In this document: in pieces, positions 28,800 through 39,525 of the stretch
How the letters are laid out: every line of letters starts with the position of its first letter
How positions within the stretch are numbered: position 1 is the stretch's first letter
Origin: Myxococcales bacterium
GTDB taxonomy: Bacteria > Myxococcota_A > UBA9160 > SMWR01
Direction: 5' to 3'
Length of the DNA stretch: 64,000 nt
Assembly (NCBI GenBank): GCA_022561775.1
Contig: JADFQO010000012.1
Coordinates: 1,018-65,017 of the forward strand
Notes under the pieces: generated by a model
What the model saw: only the letters and a program-made list of their open reading frames with translations
What the model was told of the DNA's origin: nothing
The model's database searches: none
Made by a program: the position numbers and the translations under genes

Positions 28800-29337
28800 A
28801 CCTCGGAGAGCCGATTCGCTCGACGACGGTGCTGGCGATCGTGCGGGACGGCATGATCGCGATGGCGTCCGACGGGCAGGTGACGGTCGGCGACGCCGTG
28901 ATCAAGCAGACGGCACAAAAAACCCGGAAGGCCAGCAAGTACGATGTCCTGATCGGGTTTGCGGGCGGCGCCGCCGACGCTCTCGCACTCACCGAACGGT
29001 TGGAGACCAAACTCGAGCAGTACTCGGGAAATGTTCGGCGCGCGGCAGTCGAACTCGCCAAGAGCTGGCGGACGGATCGAGCGTTGCGGCGGTTGGAGGC
29101 GCTTCTCCTGATCGGCAACAGCGAGTGTGTACTGGTCGTTTCGGGAAACGGTGACGTCATCGAGCCCGACGACGGAATCGTGGCGGTCGGCTCGGGAGGC
29201 AATTTCGCGCTGGCGGCGGCTCGCGCGCTCGTGGATCACACTGAACTTGGCACCGCAGAGATCGCCGAAGAGGCGCTTCGGTACGCGGCGCGAATCTGTA
29301 TCTATACCAACGACAACATCAGCGTGGTGACGCTGCC

Positions 29338-29341
<4 letters not shown>
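28796..29341 (+). CDS. hslV: ATP-dependent protease subunit HslV
   Basis: [45 protein letters not shown]. Confidence 0.95.
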
Positions 29342-30720
<1,379 letters not shown>

Positions 30721-30763
30721 TGCCCGCAACCAGTTGAGTCAGTAGAGAGTCGAGAGGATCGAA

Positions 30764-32275
30764 ATGGCCGAAGAGTCAACCCGGGTACTCGTCGTTGACG
30801 GCGAGCGCTTTTTTCGAGAGGCGATTTGCGATGCCCTGCGAGACGCATCGATCGATTGCATCACCGCGGAGCGGGAAGAGGATGCCTTCGAGCTGGCTAG
30901 ACGGCCTGAGGTGGGCGTCGTCATCCTCGACATCGGGACGCCCGGAGTCGGCGGCCTCGATCTATTGCGCTGGCTGGGCGCCGAGCGACCCGGGCTGAGC
31001 GTGATCGTGCTTTCGGCGCAGCTGGATCACGATCGCGTACTCGATGCTCTGCGCATCGGAGCCTCTGATTATCTCGCAAAGCCGCTTCACAACGAAGAAC
31101 TCGTACTCGCGGTTCGTCGAGCCCTGTTGAGTTCGGGAATGCACGCGAGTTGGGAATCGCTCTGCTCGCGACTCGCCGCGCTCGAAACCCAGTTGGCAGA
31201 ACTGGTGAGCGAGTCGGAAGGCGGCGGGTCGGAATCTGCTCTCGCCGATCGAATGGCGCTCGCGGTGGCGGAGGTGCTCGGCGTATCCAGGGCCTCGCTG
31301 ATGCTTCTCGAGGGCGATTCCGGGCTGCTCCGGGTCGCCGGAGCAACGGGCTGCGATGTCGAACCGGCGGAAATGGATCTCGTGGAGATCGGATCGGGCG
31401 TGGCGGGCTGGGTACTCGACGAGGGGAGGGCTCTCGCCGTCTCGGATGTTAGCGATCACGAACGCTTCGCTGCTCGAGTCGTCAATGGTCGGTATCGATC
31501 AACCGCGTTTGCGGTCGCTCCGGTCAATGGTGGTGGGAAACCGATCGGTGTTCTGTGTGCGACGGAACGTGAAGACGGAGGCTCGTTTAGCTCCCAGGAT
31601 CTCAGCCTGCTGCAGATTATGGCGCTGCAGATCGGCCCGCTGATCGCGCGATTGCGTTCCCGAGCTGCGACCGAAGGTGCGGCGGATGTGGACCCGACAC
31701 CGGGCGGTAGCCCGACGACTGAACCCGGCGTTGCCGGAGACGCGGAGTTGGCCCGTGCCATCTGCGACGTGCTCACCTCCGAGGTCGAGCCCGAACGGGT
31801 GATCAGCGCGTCGCTCGCGGCGGTTGCGACCGGCGTGTCGGCCGCTCCGGTTTCGCTTTACCTGCTCGGATCGAGTGGTCGGGAGCTGGTTCTCGAAAGC
31901 CAATGTGAACGCGCCGGACACGCAGATCGGGAGAAGCTGCCGGTCGACGCCGGACTCACAGGTGTCGTGGTCCAAACCGGTCGGCTGGTGGCAACCGATG
32001 CGCCCGATCGGGATCCGCGCTTCGATCCGGAGGTCGATACCCCCGAATGTGGTGAGGTCAGCCCCCTGCTCTGCGTTCCCGTTCGCTTTCGCAACAAGAC
32101 GATGGGCGTGATGCGCGTGTTCTTGGAAACCGGAGTTTCCGCCTCCGCGCGAACCGCCGAAATCCTCGCGGCCGCCATCTCGGCGGCCGTCCGAAACGCG
32201 CTCATGTACCGTGGCCTGCTCGAATCCGTGGACGAAGTCGCAAAGGCCCGTCGCGAAAATCGGGCTCGGGTCTAG
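30764..32275 (+). CDS. response-regulator receiver fused to two GAF-like domains, no recognisable output domain
   Basis: Receiver domain (VLVVDGE...VVILDIGTPGVGGLD...DYLAKPL). Two GAF-like blocks follow (RASLMLLEGDSGLLRV..., VSLYLLGSSGRELVLES...LCVPVRFRNKTMGVMRVF). Confidence 0.7.
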   Translation: MAEESTRVLVVDGERFFREAICDALRDASIDCITAEREEDAFELARRPEVGVVILDIGTPGVGGLDLLRWLGAERPGLSVIVLSAQLDHDRVLDALRIGASDYLAKPLHNEELVLAVRRALLSSGMHASWESLCSRLAALETQLAELVSESEGGGSESALADRMALAVAEVLGVSRASLMLLEGDSGLLRVAGATGCDVEPAEMDLVEIGSGVAGWVLDEGRALAVSDVSDHERFAARVVNGRYRSTAFAVAPVNGGGKPIGVLCATEREDGGSFSSQDLSLLQIMALQIGPLIARLRSRAATEGAADVDPTPGGSPTTEPGVAGDAELARAICDVLTSEVEPERVISASLAAVATGVSAAPVSLYLLGSSGRELVLESQCERAGHADREKLPVDAGLTGVVVQTGRLVATDAPDRDPRFDPEVDTPECGEVSPLLCVPVRFRNKTMGVMRVFLETGVSASARTAEILAAAISAAVRNALMYRGLLESVDEVAKARRENRARV

Positions 32276-32318
32276 ATTCGGATTTTTCCGCCGAAGCATC
32301 TATGATCGCAGGCTTCCG

Positions 32319-33170
32319 ATGAAGACCCTGATCGACAAGGCTGAGGTGCTGATCGAAGCGCTGCCCTATATGCGGCGCTTCTACGATCAGACCGTCGTGA
32401 TCAAATACGGCGGGAGCGCAATGAGCGAACCCGACCTGCGCGCGTCGTTTGCGGTCGACGTGGTCCTGCTCAAGTACATCGGGCTCCGTCCGGTGATCGT
32501 GCACGGTGGCGGACCGCAGATCGGCGAGACCCTGGTTCGACTGGGCATCGAATCCAGCTTTGTCGATGGCCTTCGCATCACCGACGATGCGACGATGGAA
32601 GTCGTCGAGATGGTGCTGGGCGGAAAGGTCAACCCGGGAATCGTCGCGCTGGTCGAGCAGGGTGGTGGGCGCGCGATCGGGCTCACGGGAGGCGACGGCG
32701 GAATGATTCGGGTCACGAGGCGCCTCCACGAGGATCGCGATCTCGGTCGCGTCGGAGAGGTCGTCTCGGTTGACCCCGCGTCGATTGCGTCGGTCGCAGA
32801 GGCCGGCTTCGTGCCCGTGATCGCTCCGATCGGGGTGGATTCAGACGGTGTTACCCACAACGTGAACGCCGATGATGCCGCGGGTGCGATCGCGTGTGCG
32901 CTACACGCCGAGAAATTCATCCTGTTGACGGACGTCGAGGGGGTGAAGGACGCGGACGGACGCGTCGTCAGCAGACTTGGCGCGGAAGAGGCTCGCAAGC
33001 TGATCGAAGTCGGGACGATCCGCGAAGGCATGATTCCAAAAGTCCGCTGCTGCATCGAAGCGTTGGAGGGTGGAGTCTCCAGCGCGACGATTCTCGACGG
33101 TCGAGTGCTTCACGCGGTGCTCCTCGAGATCTTTACCGACGGCGGCGTCGGTACCCTGATCACGCGCTGA
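32319..33170 (+). CDS. argB: acetylglutamate kinase
   Basis: EALPYMRRFYDQTVVIKYGGSAM, VIVHGGGPQI, NVNADDAAGAIA. Confidence 0.93.
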   Translation: MKTLIDKAEVLIEALPYMRRFYDQTVVIKYGGSAMSEPDLRASFAVDVVLLKYIGLRPVIVHGGGPQIGETLVRLGIESSFVDGLRITDDATMEVVEMVLGGKVNPGIVALVEQGGGRAIGLTGGDGGMIRVTRRLHEDRDLGRVGEVVSVDPASIASVAEAGFVPVIAPIGVDSDGVTHNVNADDAAGAIACALHAEKFILLTDVEGVKDADGRVVSRLGAEEARKLIEVGTIREGMIPKVRCCIEALEGGVSSATILDGRVLHAVLLEIFTDGGVGTLITR

Positions 33171-33171
33171 A

Positions 33172-34095
33172 ATGCCCAAGGACTTCGTCACACTCGCCGA
33201 TTGGAGCGCCGAAGAGTTGCTCGCGTTGCTCGCTCGCGCGCGAGAGCTCAAGGAGCTTCGCCAGCAGTCGAAGAAGCATCAGACGTTGCCAGGTCGCGTG
33301 CTCGCGATGTTCTTCGAAAAACCCTCGCTGCGAACACACGTCACCTTCGAAGCGGGCATGACGCAGCTCGGGGGGCACGCGATCCTGCTTCGGCCCGCGC
33401 AGATCGGGATCGGAACCCGAGAATCTCCGCAGGACGTCGCGAACAACCTCTCGTGCTGGGTCGACGGCATCGTCGCGCGAACCTTCAGCCACGCGTTGGT
33501 CGAGGAGCTCGCTCGGGTTGCGCGCATCCCGGTGATCAATGGGCTCACGGATCTGCTTCACCCCTGCCAGGTCATGGCGGACCTCCAGACCATCGCCGAG
33601 AAGTGCGAGTTGAAGGACGCGGCCATCGCCTACCTGGGCGACGGCAACAACATGGCGAACTCGCTGATCCTCGGAGCGTCGGTACTCGGTCTCGAACTGC
33701 GCCTCGCCACGCCCGCGAGCCACCGCCCCACGCTGCACCTGAGACGTCGGGCTGATGAACTCGCCGCGGCGAGCGGGGCGAAGATCAGCTGGTCGGAAGA
33801 CCCCGTCGAAGCCGTTCGCGGAGCCAACTTCATCTACACCGACACCTGGACCAGCATGGGGCAAGAGGACGAGCGAGAACTCAGGAAGAAGATCTTCCAG
33901 CCCTACCAGCTGAACGCGGAACTTCTCGGGCGGGGCGCGGACGCCTACGCGATGCACTGCCTGCCCGCCCACCGCGGCGAAGAAATCACAGACGAGGTGC
34001 TCGACGGTGACCGAAGCCTCGTGCTTGTACAGGCCGAAAATCGGCTTCACGTCCAGAAGGCGATTCTCGAGCGCTTGCTCGGCGTTCCGAGCTGA
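33172..34095 (+). CDS. argF: ornithine carbamoyltransferase
   Basis: FEKPSLRTHVTFE, HPCQVMADL, GDGNNMANS, MHCLPAHRGEE. Confidence 0.93.
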   Translation: MPKDFVTLADWSAEELLALLARARELKELRQQSKKHQTLPGRVLAMFFEKPSLRTHVTFEAGMTQLGGHAILLRPAQIGIGTRESPQDVANNLSCWVDGIVARTFSHALVEELARVARIPVINGLTDLLHPCQVMADLQTIAEKCELKDAAIAYLGDGNNMANSLILGASVLGLELRLATPASHRPTLHLRRRADELAAASGAKISWSEDPVEAVRGANFIYTDTWTSMGQEDERELRKKIFQPYQLNAELLGRGADAYAMHCLPAHRGEEITDEVLDGDRSLVLVQAENRLHVQKAILERLLGVPS

Positions 34096-34357
34096 GGCCA
34101 ATTCACCTCGCCCAGGATGCGTCGAAGTTTGACGGCGCCCGCGCTTTTCGAATCGCGCCCGTTTCCGACCTCCTTGCCCTTGCGCGAGCATTTCGAGCGG
34201 TTTTTCCCGCGGGGAGTCCAGGTCGGGTTCGTGCGGCAGCCAGATCGCGCAGGTCGGCGTCTCCCCAAAGGGTTTTCGCCGTGGCGCTCAGCTTTTTACC
34301 ACTGCGGGCCGATGGAAACGGGTGCGGGGTTTCCTGTTGGACTCCGAGGGGGAATCC

Positions 34358-35653
34358 ATGCATTCGGTGGACGGTTCCGAGCAGGAGAAGCGTATTCCGC
34401 GACTCGCTTCCAGCTGGGACCCATCCAGCCTGCAGTTGAGTCCCGAGGAGGGTTTCTTGCTTTCTCGTATCGACGGCCAGACGTCGTTGACATTGCTGCG
34501 TCAAATCGGCGGGATCGCTCCCGAAGAGGTGGATCGCTGCATCGAGCATTGGCTGTCCGAAGGCGTCGTCGTGATCGACGAAGGCAAGCCCGACCGCGCT
34601 GAAGTCTCGGCGCAGGCCGCGGAACCCAAGGCCGAAGCGGAACCGGTCGACTACCTGTCGGACCTGCGCATCGATTCCGCGCTCGACATCACGCCCGAAC
34701 TACAGGCGCAGATTCTCGAATTCGAGGTATCCCTCGACAAACCCTACTTCGAGTTGCTCGAGGTCTCCCGCGATGCGGACACCAAGCAGATCAAGCGGGC
34801 CTACTTCTCTCTTTCGAAGGTCTATCACCCGGATCGTTACTTCCGGGCAAACCTCGGCGATTACAGGGTGCGCCTCGAGCGGATCTTCCGGAAGCTCGTC
34901 GAGGCCTACGAGCTGCTGTCGGATCCCAACACCCGTGCGGAGATCGAACGGACGATGGGACCGATGCCCGAGCCCGAGCCCGAACCGGTCGCCGAGGCTA
35001 GCGAGGCGGGCGCCGCGCCGAAGTGGAAACTTCCGCCCCGCAAGCTCACCAAGCGACAGACGCTCGAGCGCCTGCGCAGGCATTTCCGGATTCCCCCGCA
35101 GATTCTCGCCGAGCGAAAGCTCAAGGCGAGTCAATTCTTCTCGGTGGCGATGGTCGCGGCGAAACGGGAGCGCTGGCACGAGGCGGCGCCGAACCTGCGT
35201 CTCGCCGTTGCCTTCGATCCCTGGAACGACGAGTACCGCACGCGTTTCTCGGACATTCTCTCGCACCACTACGAGCAGCGAGCGGCCAAGCTTCTCGATT
35301 CGGACGGCGGCGCGATCGATCAGGGCGACCAGACCGAAGCGCTGCGCCTGCTGGAAGAGGTTTTGATCCACCGGCCAGCGGATCCTGAAGTCAACCATCG
35401 GGCAGCGCTGCTGGCCCTGGACCTCGACGAGTTGGGGCGCGCCACGGAGTATGCGGAGGCTGCTTGCGAGCTGTGCCCAGAGTCCGCCGAGAAGTGGCTC
35501 ACCCTTGTACGCGTGCTTCGCGCCGATGGTCTGCACGAAAAGGCGAAATTGGTCTTGAAAGAGGCTGCACGGTTGCATCCGAAAAATGAGAAATTGCAGG
35601 CAGAGTTGCAGAAGCTGCGGCGCCCGCGCCGCTCAGCAAAAGGCGGAGGCTAG
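34358..35653 (+). CDS. J-domain co-chaperone with an N-terminal DUF4388-like region and C-terminal TPR-like helices
   Basis: J-domain YFELLEVSRDADTKQIKRAYFSLSKVYHPDR...AYELLSDP (HPD present). A PEPEPEP linker and a C-terminal helical repeat region. The stop is 2 nt before the Hsp70 ATG. Confidence 0.8.
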   Translation: MHSVDGSEQEKRIPRLASSWDPSSLQLSPEEGFLLSRIDGQTSLTLLRQIGGIAPEEVDRCIEHWLSEGVVVIDEGKPDRAEVSAQAAEPKAEAEPVDYLSDLRIDSALDITPELQAQILEFEVSLDKPYFELLEVSRDADTKQIKRAYFSLSKVYHPDRYFRANLGDYRVRLERIFRKLVEAYELLSDPNTRAEIERTMGPMPEPEPEPVAEASEAGAAPKWKLPPRKLTKRQTLERLRRHFRIPPQILAERKLKASQFFSVAMVAAKRERWHEAAPNLRLAVAFDPWNDEYRTRFSDILSHHYEQRAAKLLDSDGGAIDQGDQTEALRLLEEVLIHRPADPEVNHRAALLALDLDELGRATEYAEAACELCPESAEKWLTLVRVLRADGLHEKAKLVLKEAARLHPKNEKLQAELQKLRRPRRSAKGGG

Positions 35654-35655
35654 TA

Positions 35656-37221
35656 ATGGGACACGTGATTGGTATCGATCTCGGAACGACAAATTCGTGT
35701 GTCGCAATGGTCGATCAGGGGAAGCCGATCGTCATCCCCAACACGGGCGGCTACCGGACGACGCCATCGATGTTCGCGATCTCGTCGGACGGAAAACGGC
35801 TGGTCGGGCATCTCAGTAAGCGCCAGGCGATCACGAACCCCAAAGATACACTGTACGCCGTCAAGCGCTTGATCGGGCGCCGATTCGATTCTCCCGAAGT
35901 GCAGAAGTCGATGGACCTGTGCCCCTTCAAGATCGTGCGAGGGGAAAACGACGACGCGCGCCTGGAGATCGCCGGAAAGGTATTCACCTGTCCCGAGGTC
36001 ATGGGTGTGGTCGTCCGGGAAATGAAGCGGGTCGCTGAAGAGTACCTTGGTGAGCCCGTGACACAGGCTGTGATCACGGTTCCCGCCTACTTCAACGACA
36101 CCCAACGACAATCCACAAAGGATGCCGGCAAGATCGCAGGCCTCGAGGTGCTGCGGATCATCAACGAGCCGACCTCCGCAGCTCTCGCGTACGGGATTGG
36201 TGAGAAGAAGGAAGAGACGATTGCCGTTTACGATCTGGGCGGTGGAACGTTTGACATCTCGATTCTGGAGCTCGGGAGTGGTGTCATCGAAGTGCTGGCT
36301 ACTGCCGGAGACACCTTCCTCGGCGGCGAGGATTTCGACCGCCGTCTCGTCGCTCACGTTTTGAAGAAATTTCAGGAGAGCGACGGCCTCGATCTGAGCA
36401 GTGACCTGATGGCCCTGCAGCGCCTCAAGGACGCCTCGGAGAAAGCAAAGTGCGACCTGTCTTCGCTGAACGTCACCGAGATCAATCTGCCTTTCATTGC
36501 GAACGACGAGGGTGGCGCGCGTCACCTAAATATCGAAGTGACGCGGGAAACCCTCGAGGAGCTCGTCGGAGACATCGTTCACAAGACGATGGACGCGGTG
36601 AAACAGTGCGTCTCGGATGCGGGCCTGACGCCTGCCGATATTGATCAGGTCGTGCTGATAGGTGGGCAAACTCGAATGCCACTCGTACAGCAGTGCGTCA
36701 CCAGTTACTTCAAGAAGCCGCCTCATAAGGGCTTGAATGCCGATGAAGTAGTGGCGATGGGCGCCGCGATCCAGGCCGACATTCTCGCATCACACGACGA
36801 TAGAATTCTGTTGCTCGACGTAACCCCGCTCTCCTTGGGAATCGGAACGTTCGACGGGCAATTTGCGCCGCTGATTCCCCGGAACACAACCGTTCCGACC
36901 CGAAAATCGCACATGTTTACAACCACGCGAGACGATCAAACCGCGGTGAAGATCCGGGTTCTACAGGGAGAGAGCAATCAAGCCGATGAGAACCACCTGC
37001 TCGGTGAGTTCGTACTTACTGAAATTCCCAAGGCGAAGTCGGGAGCGCCCGAGATCGAAGTTTCGTTTGAAATCGATTCCGACGGCATCGTGAACGTTTT
37101 TGCTCGCGACGTAGAAACGGAGCGTGAGCAGAGTATCACGGTCAACGCGGCCGGTACTCTATCGGAAGAAGAAATAGCGCAGATCATCAAAACGAACGAA
37201 GATTATGACCTTCCCGAGTAA
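35656..37221 (+). CDS. Hsp70-family ATPase, short (521 aa; helical lid largely absent)
   Basis: GIDLGTTNSCVA, DLGGGTFDIS, VLIGGQTRMP, LLLDVTPLSLGI. It ends ...ITVNAAGTLSEEEIAQIIKTNEDYDLPE, just after the beta-sandwich. Confidence 0.9.
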   Translation: MGHVIGIDLGTTNSCVAMVDQGKPIVIPNTGGYRTTPSMFAISSDGKRLVGHLSKRQAITNPKDTLYAVKRLIGRRFDSPEVQKSMDLCPFKIVRGENDDARLEIAGKVFTCPEVMGVVVREMKRVAEEYLGEPVTQAVITVPAYFNDTQRQSTKDAGKIAGLEVLRIINEPTSAALAYGIGEKKEETIAVYDLGGGTFDISILELGSGVIEVLATAGDTFLGGEDFDRRLVAHVLKKFQESDGLDLSSDLMALQRLKDASEKAKCDLSSLNVTEINLPFIANDEGGARHLNIEVTRETLEELVGDIVHKTMDAVKQCVSDAGLTPADIDQVVLIGGQTRMPLVQQCVTSYFKKPPHKGLNADEVVAMGAAIQADILASHDDRILLLDVTPLSLGIGTFDGQFAPLIPRNTTVPTRKSHMFTTTRDDQTAVKIRVLQGESNQADENHLLGEFVLTEIPKAKSGAPEIEVSFEIDSDGIVNVFARDVETEREQSITVNAAGTLSEEEIAQIIKTNEDYDLPE

Positions 37222-37293
37222 CATTTTCAGAGCGAACCCGAGTCGGCAATTCGCGGTCGAAGCCGATCGGCGTTGCGCAGCCGGACTGTTTCG

Positions 37294-37833
37294 ATGAGCA
37301 GTCGTTCGCTGCTCGATTACCTGGATGCGCCGGTTCTGGTCGGTGATCCCGATGGGCGGGTGGTCCACCTGAATCCGTCCTTTGAGTCCTGCTTTCGGTC
37401 TTCGCTGGATGAGGTTCGTGGTAAGGAGCTGGCCACGCTCTTTCAAGGGGGTTCGCGTGAGGCGGTTCTGAGCGCAGTGGCGGATGTCTGCCGCGGTACC
37501 GGGCCGGTTCGCTTTCAGTTGCGTGAAGGGGATTGCGGCTACCGGGCGGTGGCCTCGCCGATTTCGGCGGAGGACGACCGTGTCGGTGTGGTGATTCTGA
37601 TTACCGTTGAGCTCAGCAGCGATCGCCGAATGATCGAGTGCGCGAGAGAGATCCAGGAGCCGCTCGATAAGCTCACCCGATGTCTCGACGAGTTTGCCGA
37701 GCAGGTCGGAGGCCGCCGAGCCAAGCGCTATCGCCTGATGCTGGAGGACATTTCCAGTACCGTCGAGCTGTTGCAGAAGCGGGCCGACGAACTCCAGAAC
37801 CTGCTCTCGGGTACTTCCACGACCAATCCCTGA
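37294..37833 (+). CDS. PAS-domain protein (no output domain)
   Basis: LLDYLDAPVLVGDPDGRVVHLNPSFESCF...LDEVRGKELATLF, followed by a helical tail. Coding-like GC3. Confidence 0.6.
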   Translation: MSSRSLLDYLDAPVLVGDPDGRVVHLNPSFESCFRSSLDEVRGKELATLFQGGSREAVLSAVADVCRGTGPVRFQLREGDCGYRAVASPISAEDDRVGVVILITVELSSDRRMIECAREIQEPLDKLTRCLDEFAEQVGGRRAKRYRLMLEDISSTVELLQKRADELQNLLSGTSTTNP

Positions 37834-37904
37834 ACCAGGGCCATCGTCATTGCATGTGACCTCGGCGGAGGCTTCGGTAGACTGCCCGGCCGGAGGCGCC
37901 GCAG

Positions 37905-39107
37905 ATGTCCACAAGACGTCCAGTGAAGAGGGTCTGCCTGGCTTATAGCGGTGGTCTGGACACTTCTGTGATCCTCCACTGGCTGATTCACACCTATGGA
38001 TGTGAGGTCGTGGCCTATACGGCAGACGTGGGTCAGGAAGAGGAACTCACCGGGCTTCCGGAGAAGGCCAGGGAGACGGGCGCGGTCGAATGTGTGACCC
38101 GCGATCTGCGCGAAGAGTTTGCGCGCGACTTCGTGTTTCCGGCGATCCGCGGGGGCGCGATTTACGAGGGTACCTACCTGCTCGGGACCGCTCTTGCGCG
38201 GCCGTTGATCGCAAAGCACCAGGCCGAGGTCGCTCTTGAAACCGGCTGCGATGCGGTCGCACACGGAGCGACCGGCAAAGGCAATGATCAGGTTCGGTTC
38301 GAACTCACGTTCCGAGCCCTCGCTCCTGAACTCCATATCATCGCGCCGTGGCGCGAGTGGGAGATCCGATCGCGGTCCGACTGTTTCGCGTACTGCGAGA
38401 AGTACGGAATCCCGGTGACGGCGACACTCGAAAAACCCTACTCGATCGATCGCAACCTGATGCACATCTCATACGAGGGCGGGCTTCTCGAAGATCCCTG
38501 GCGCGCGCCCGATGAATCGATGTTCCTCATGACGAAATCCCCCGAGAAGGCGCCAGACCTGCCTTCCGAGGTCGTGATCGCCTTCGAGCGCGGAACGCCG
38601 GTGTCGATCGATGGGGAAACGCTCTCGCCCGCTCAGTTGCTGCACCGGCTCAACGCGCTTGCCGGGGAACACGGAGTGGGTCGGGTGGACATGGTCGAGA
38701 ACCGCTTCGTCGGCCTCAAATCTCGCGGTGTCTACGAGACACCCGGCGGTACGGTCCTGCATTGCGCCCATCGCGCCATCGAATCGATCACCCTCGATCG
38801 CGATGTGATGCACGAGCGCGACCGGCTCTCGCCTCGCTATGCGGAGCTGATTTACAATGGATTCTGGTTCTCCCCAGAGATGGCTGCTCTCCGGGCGCTG
38901 ATGGAGGCGTCTCAAGAGAACGTGACCGGAGAGGTCCGGGTGTCACTCTACAAGGGAGGTGTCCAGGTTACGGGCAGACGCTCTCCAGTGTCCCTCTACG
39001 ATGCCGCCCAGTCTTCATTCGAAGATGCGGGCCCCGAAGACAGCTACGACCAGCGCGACGCCACCGGCTTCATCCGTCTCCAGGGGCTCCGGTTGAAAAA
39101 ACCCTAG
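37905..39107 (+). CDS. argG: argininosuccinate synthase
   Basis: [46 protein letters not shown]. Confidence 0.95.
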   Translation: MSTRRPVKRVCLAYSGGLDTSVILHWLIHTYGCEVVAYTADVGQEEELTGLPEKARETGAVECVTRDLREEFARDFVFPAIRGGAIYEGTYLLGTALARPLIAKHQAEVALETGCDAVAHGATGKGNDQVRFELTFRALAPELHIIAPWREWEIRSRSDCFAYCEKYGIPVTATLEKPYSIDRNLMHISYEGGLLEDPWRAPDESMFLMTKSPEKAPDLPSEVVIAFERGTPVSIDGETLSPAQLLHRLNALAGEHGVGRVDMVENRFVGLKSRGVYETPGGTVLHCAHRAIESITLDRDVMHERDRLSPRYAELIYNGFWFSPEMAALRALMEASQENVTGEVRVSLYKGGVQVTGRRSPVSLYDAAQSSFEDAGPEDSYDQRDATGFIRLQGLRLKKP

Positions 39108-39144
39108 CGGCTGCTGCGAGAACCTTCGCGCGAGTTTCTTTCGG

Positions 39145-39210
39145 GAACAGGAGACGGGAGGGCATCGCGCTCGAACCCCATGTCGCACGACCCCCTCCCG
39201 TCTCCTGCTC
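39145..39210 (+). terminator. long imperfect hairpin downstream of argG (18-nt arms, 17/18 paired, ~30-nt loop, no T-tract)
   Basis: GAACAGGAGACGGGAGGG (39145-39162) pairs with CCCTCCCGTCTCCTGCTC (39193-39210). The terminator role is a guess. Confidence 0.3.
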
Positions 39211-39525
39211 CGCGCGAACGCGCCCCTGAAGCCGAAAAAGACGGCGTCCCCTCGAAGATTGGTTATCGGGCCACAGCCACCCGGCACCGCGCTGCTCCGT
39301 TACGTGTGTGGGGCGAGGGCGCTGGCTACCTCGACTTCGACGCACTGGGGAAAGTCGGTTACATCGTCGGTCGGGGAGGATGATCTTGCGGAGTGGCGAC
39401 GCGGGACGGCGTTGGGGGCTTGTCTTGCCGCCGACGGATCCAAGCAGGGGCCTTTTGCCTACGGCGAGATCGCTCCTCAAGCGTGCAACTCCGACCGCCG
39501 ATCCTAGGGGGCGGAGGAGGGTGAG

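Noticed and set aside
39278-39296. sigma-54-like CGGCACCGCGCTGCT upstream of the GGDEF regulator
   Set aside because: The GG-to-GC spacing is one nucleotide short and the conserved T before GG and the TTGC are missing. The same problem applies to GGAACCGAATTGC at 3113-3125.
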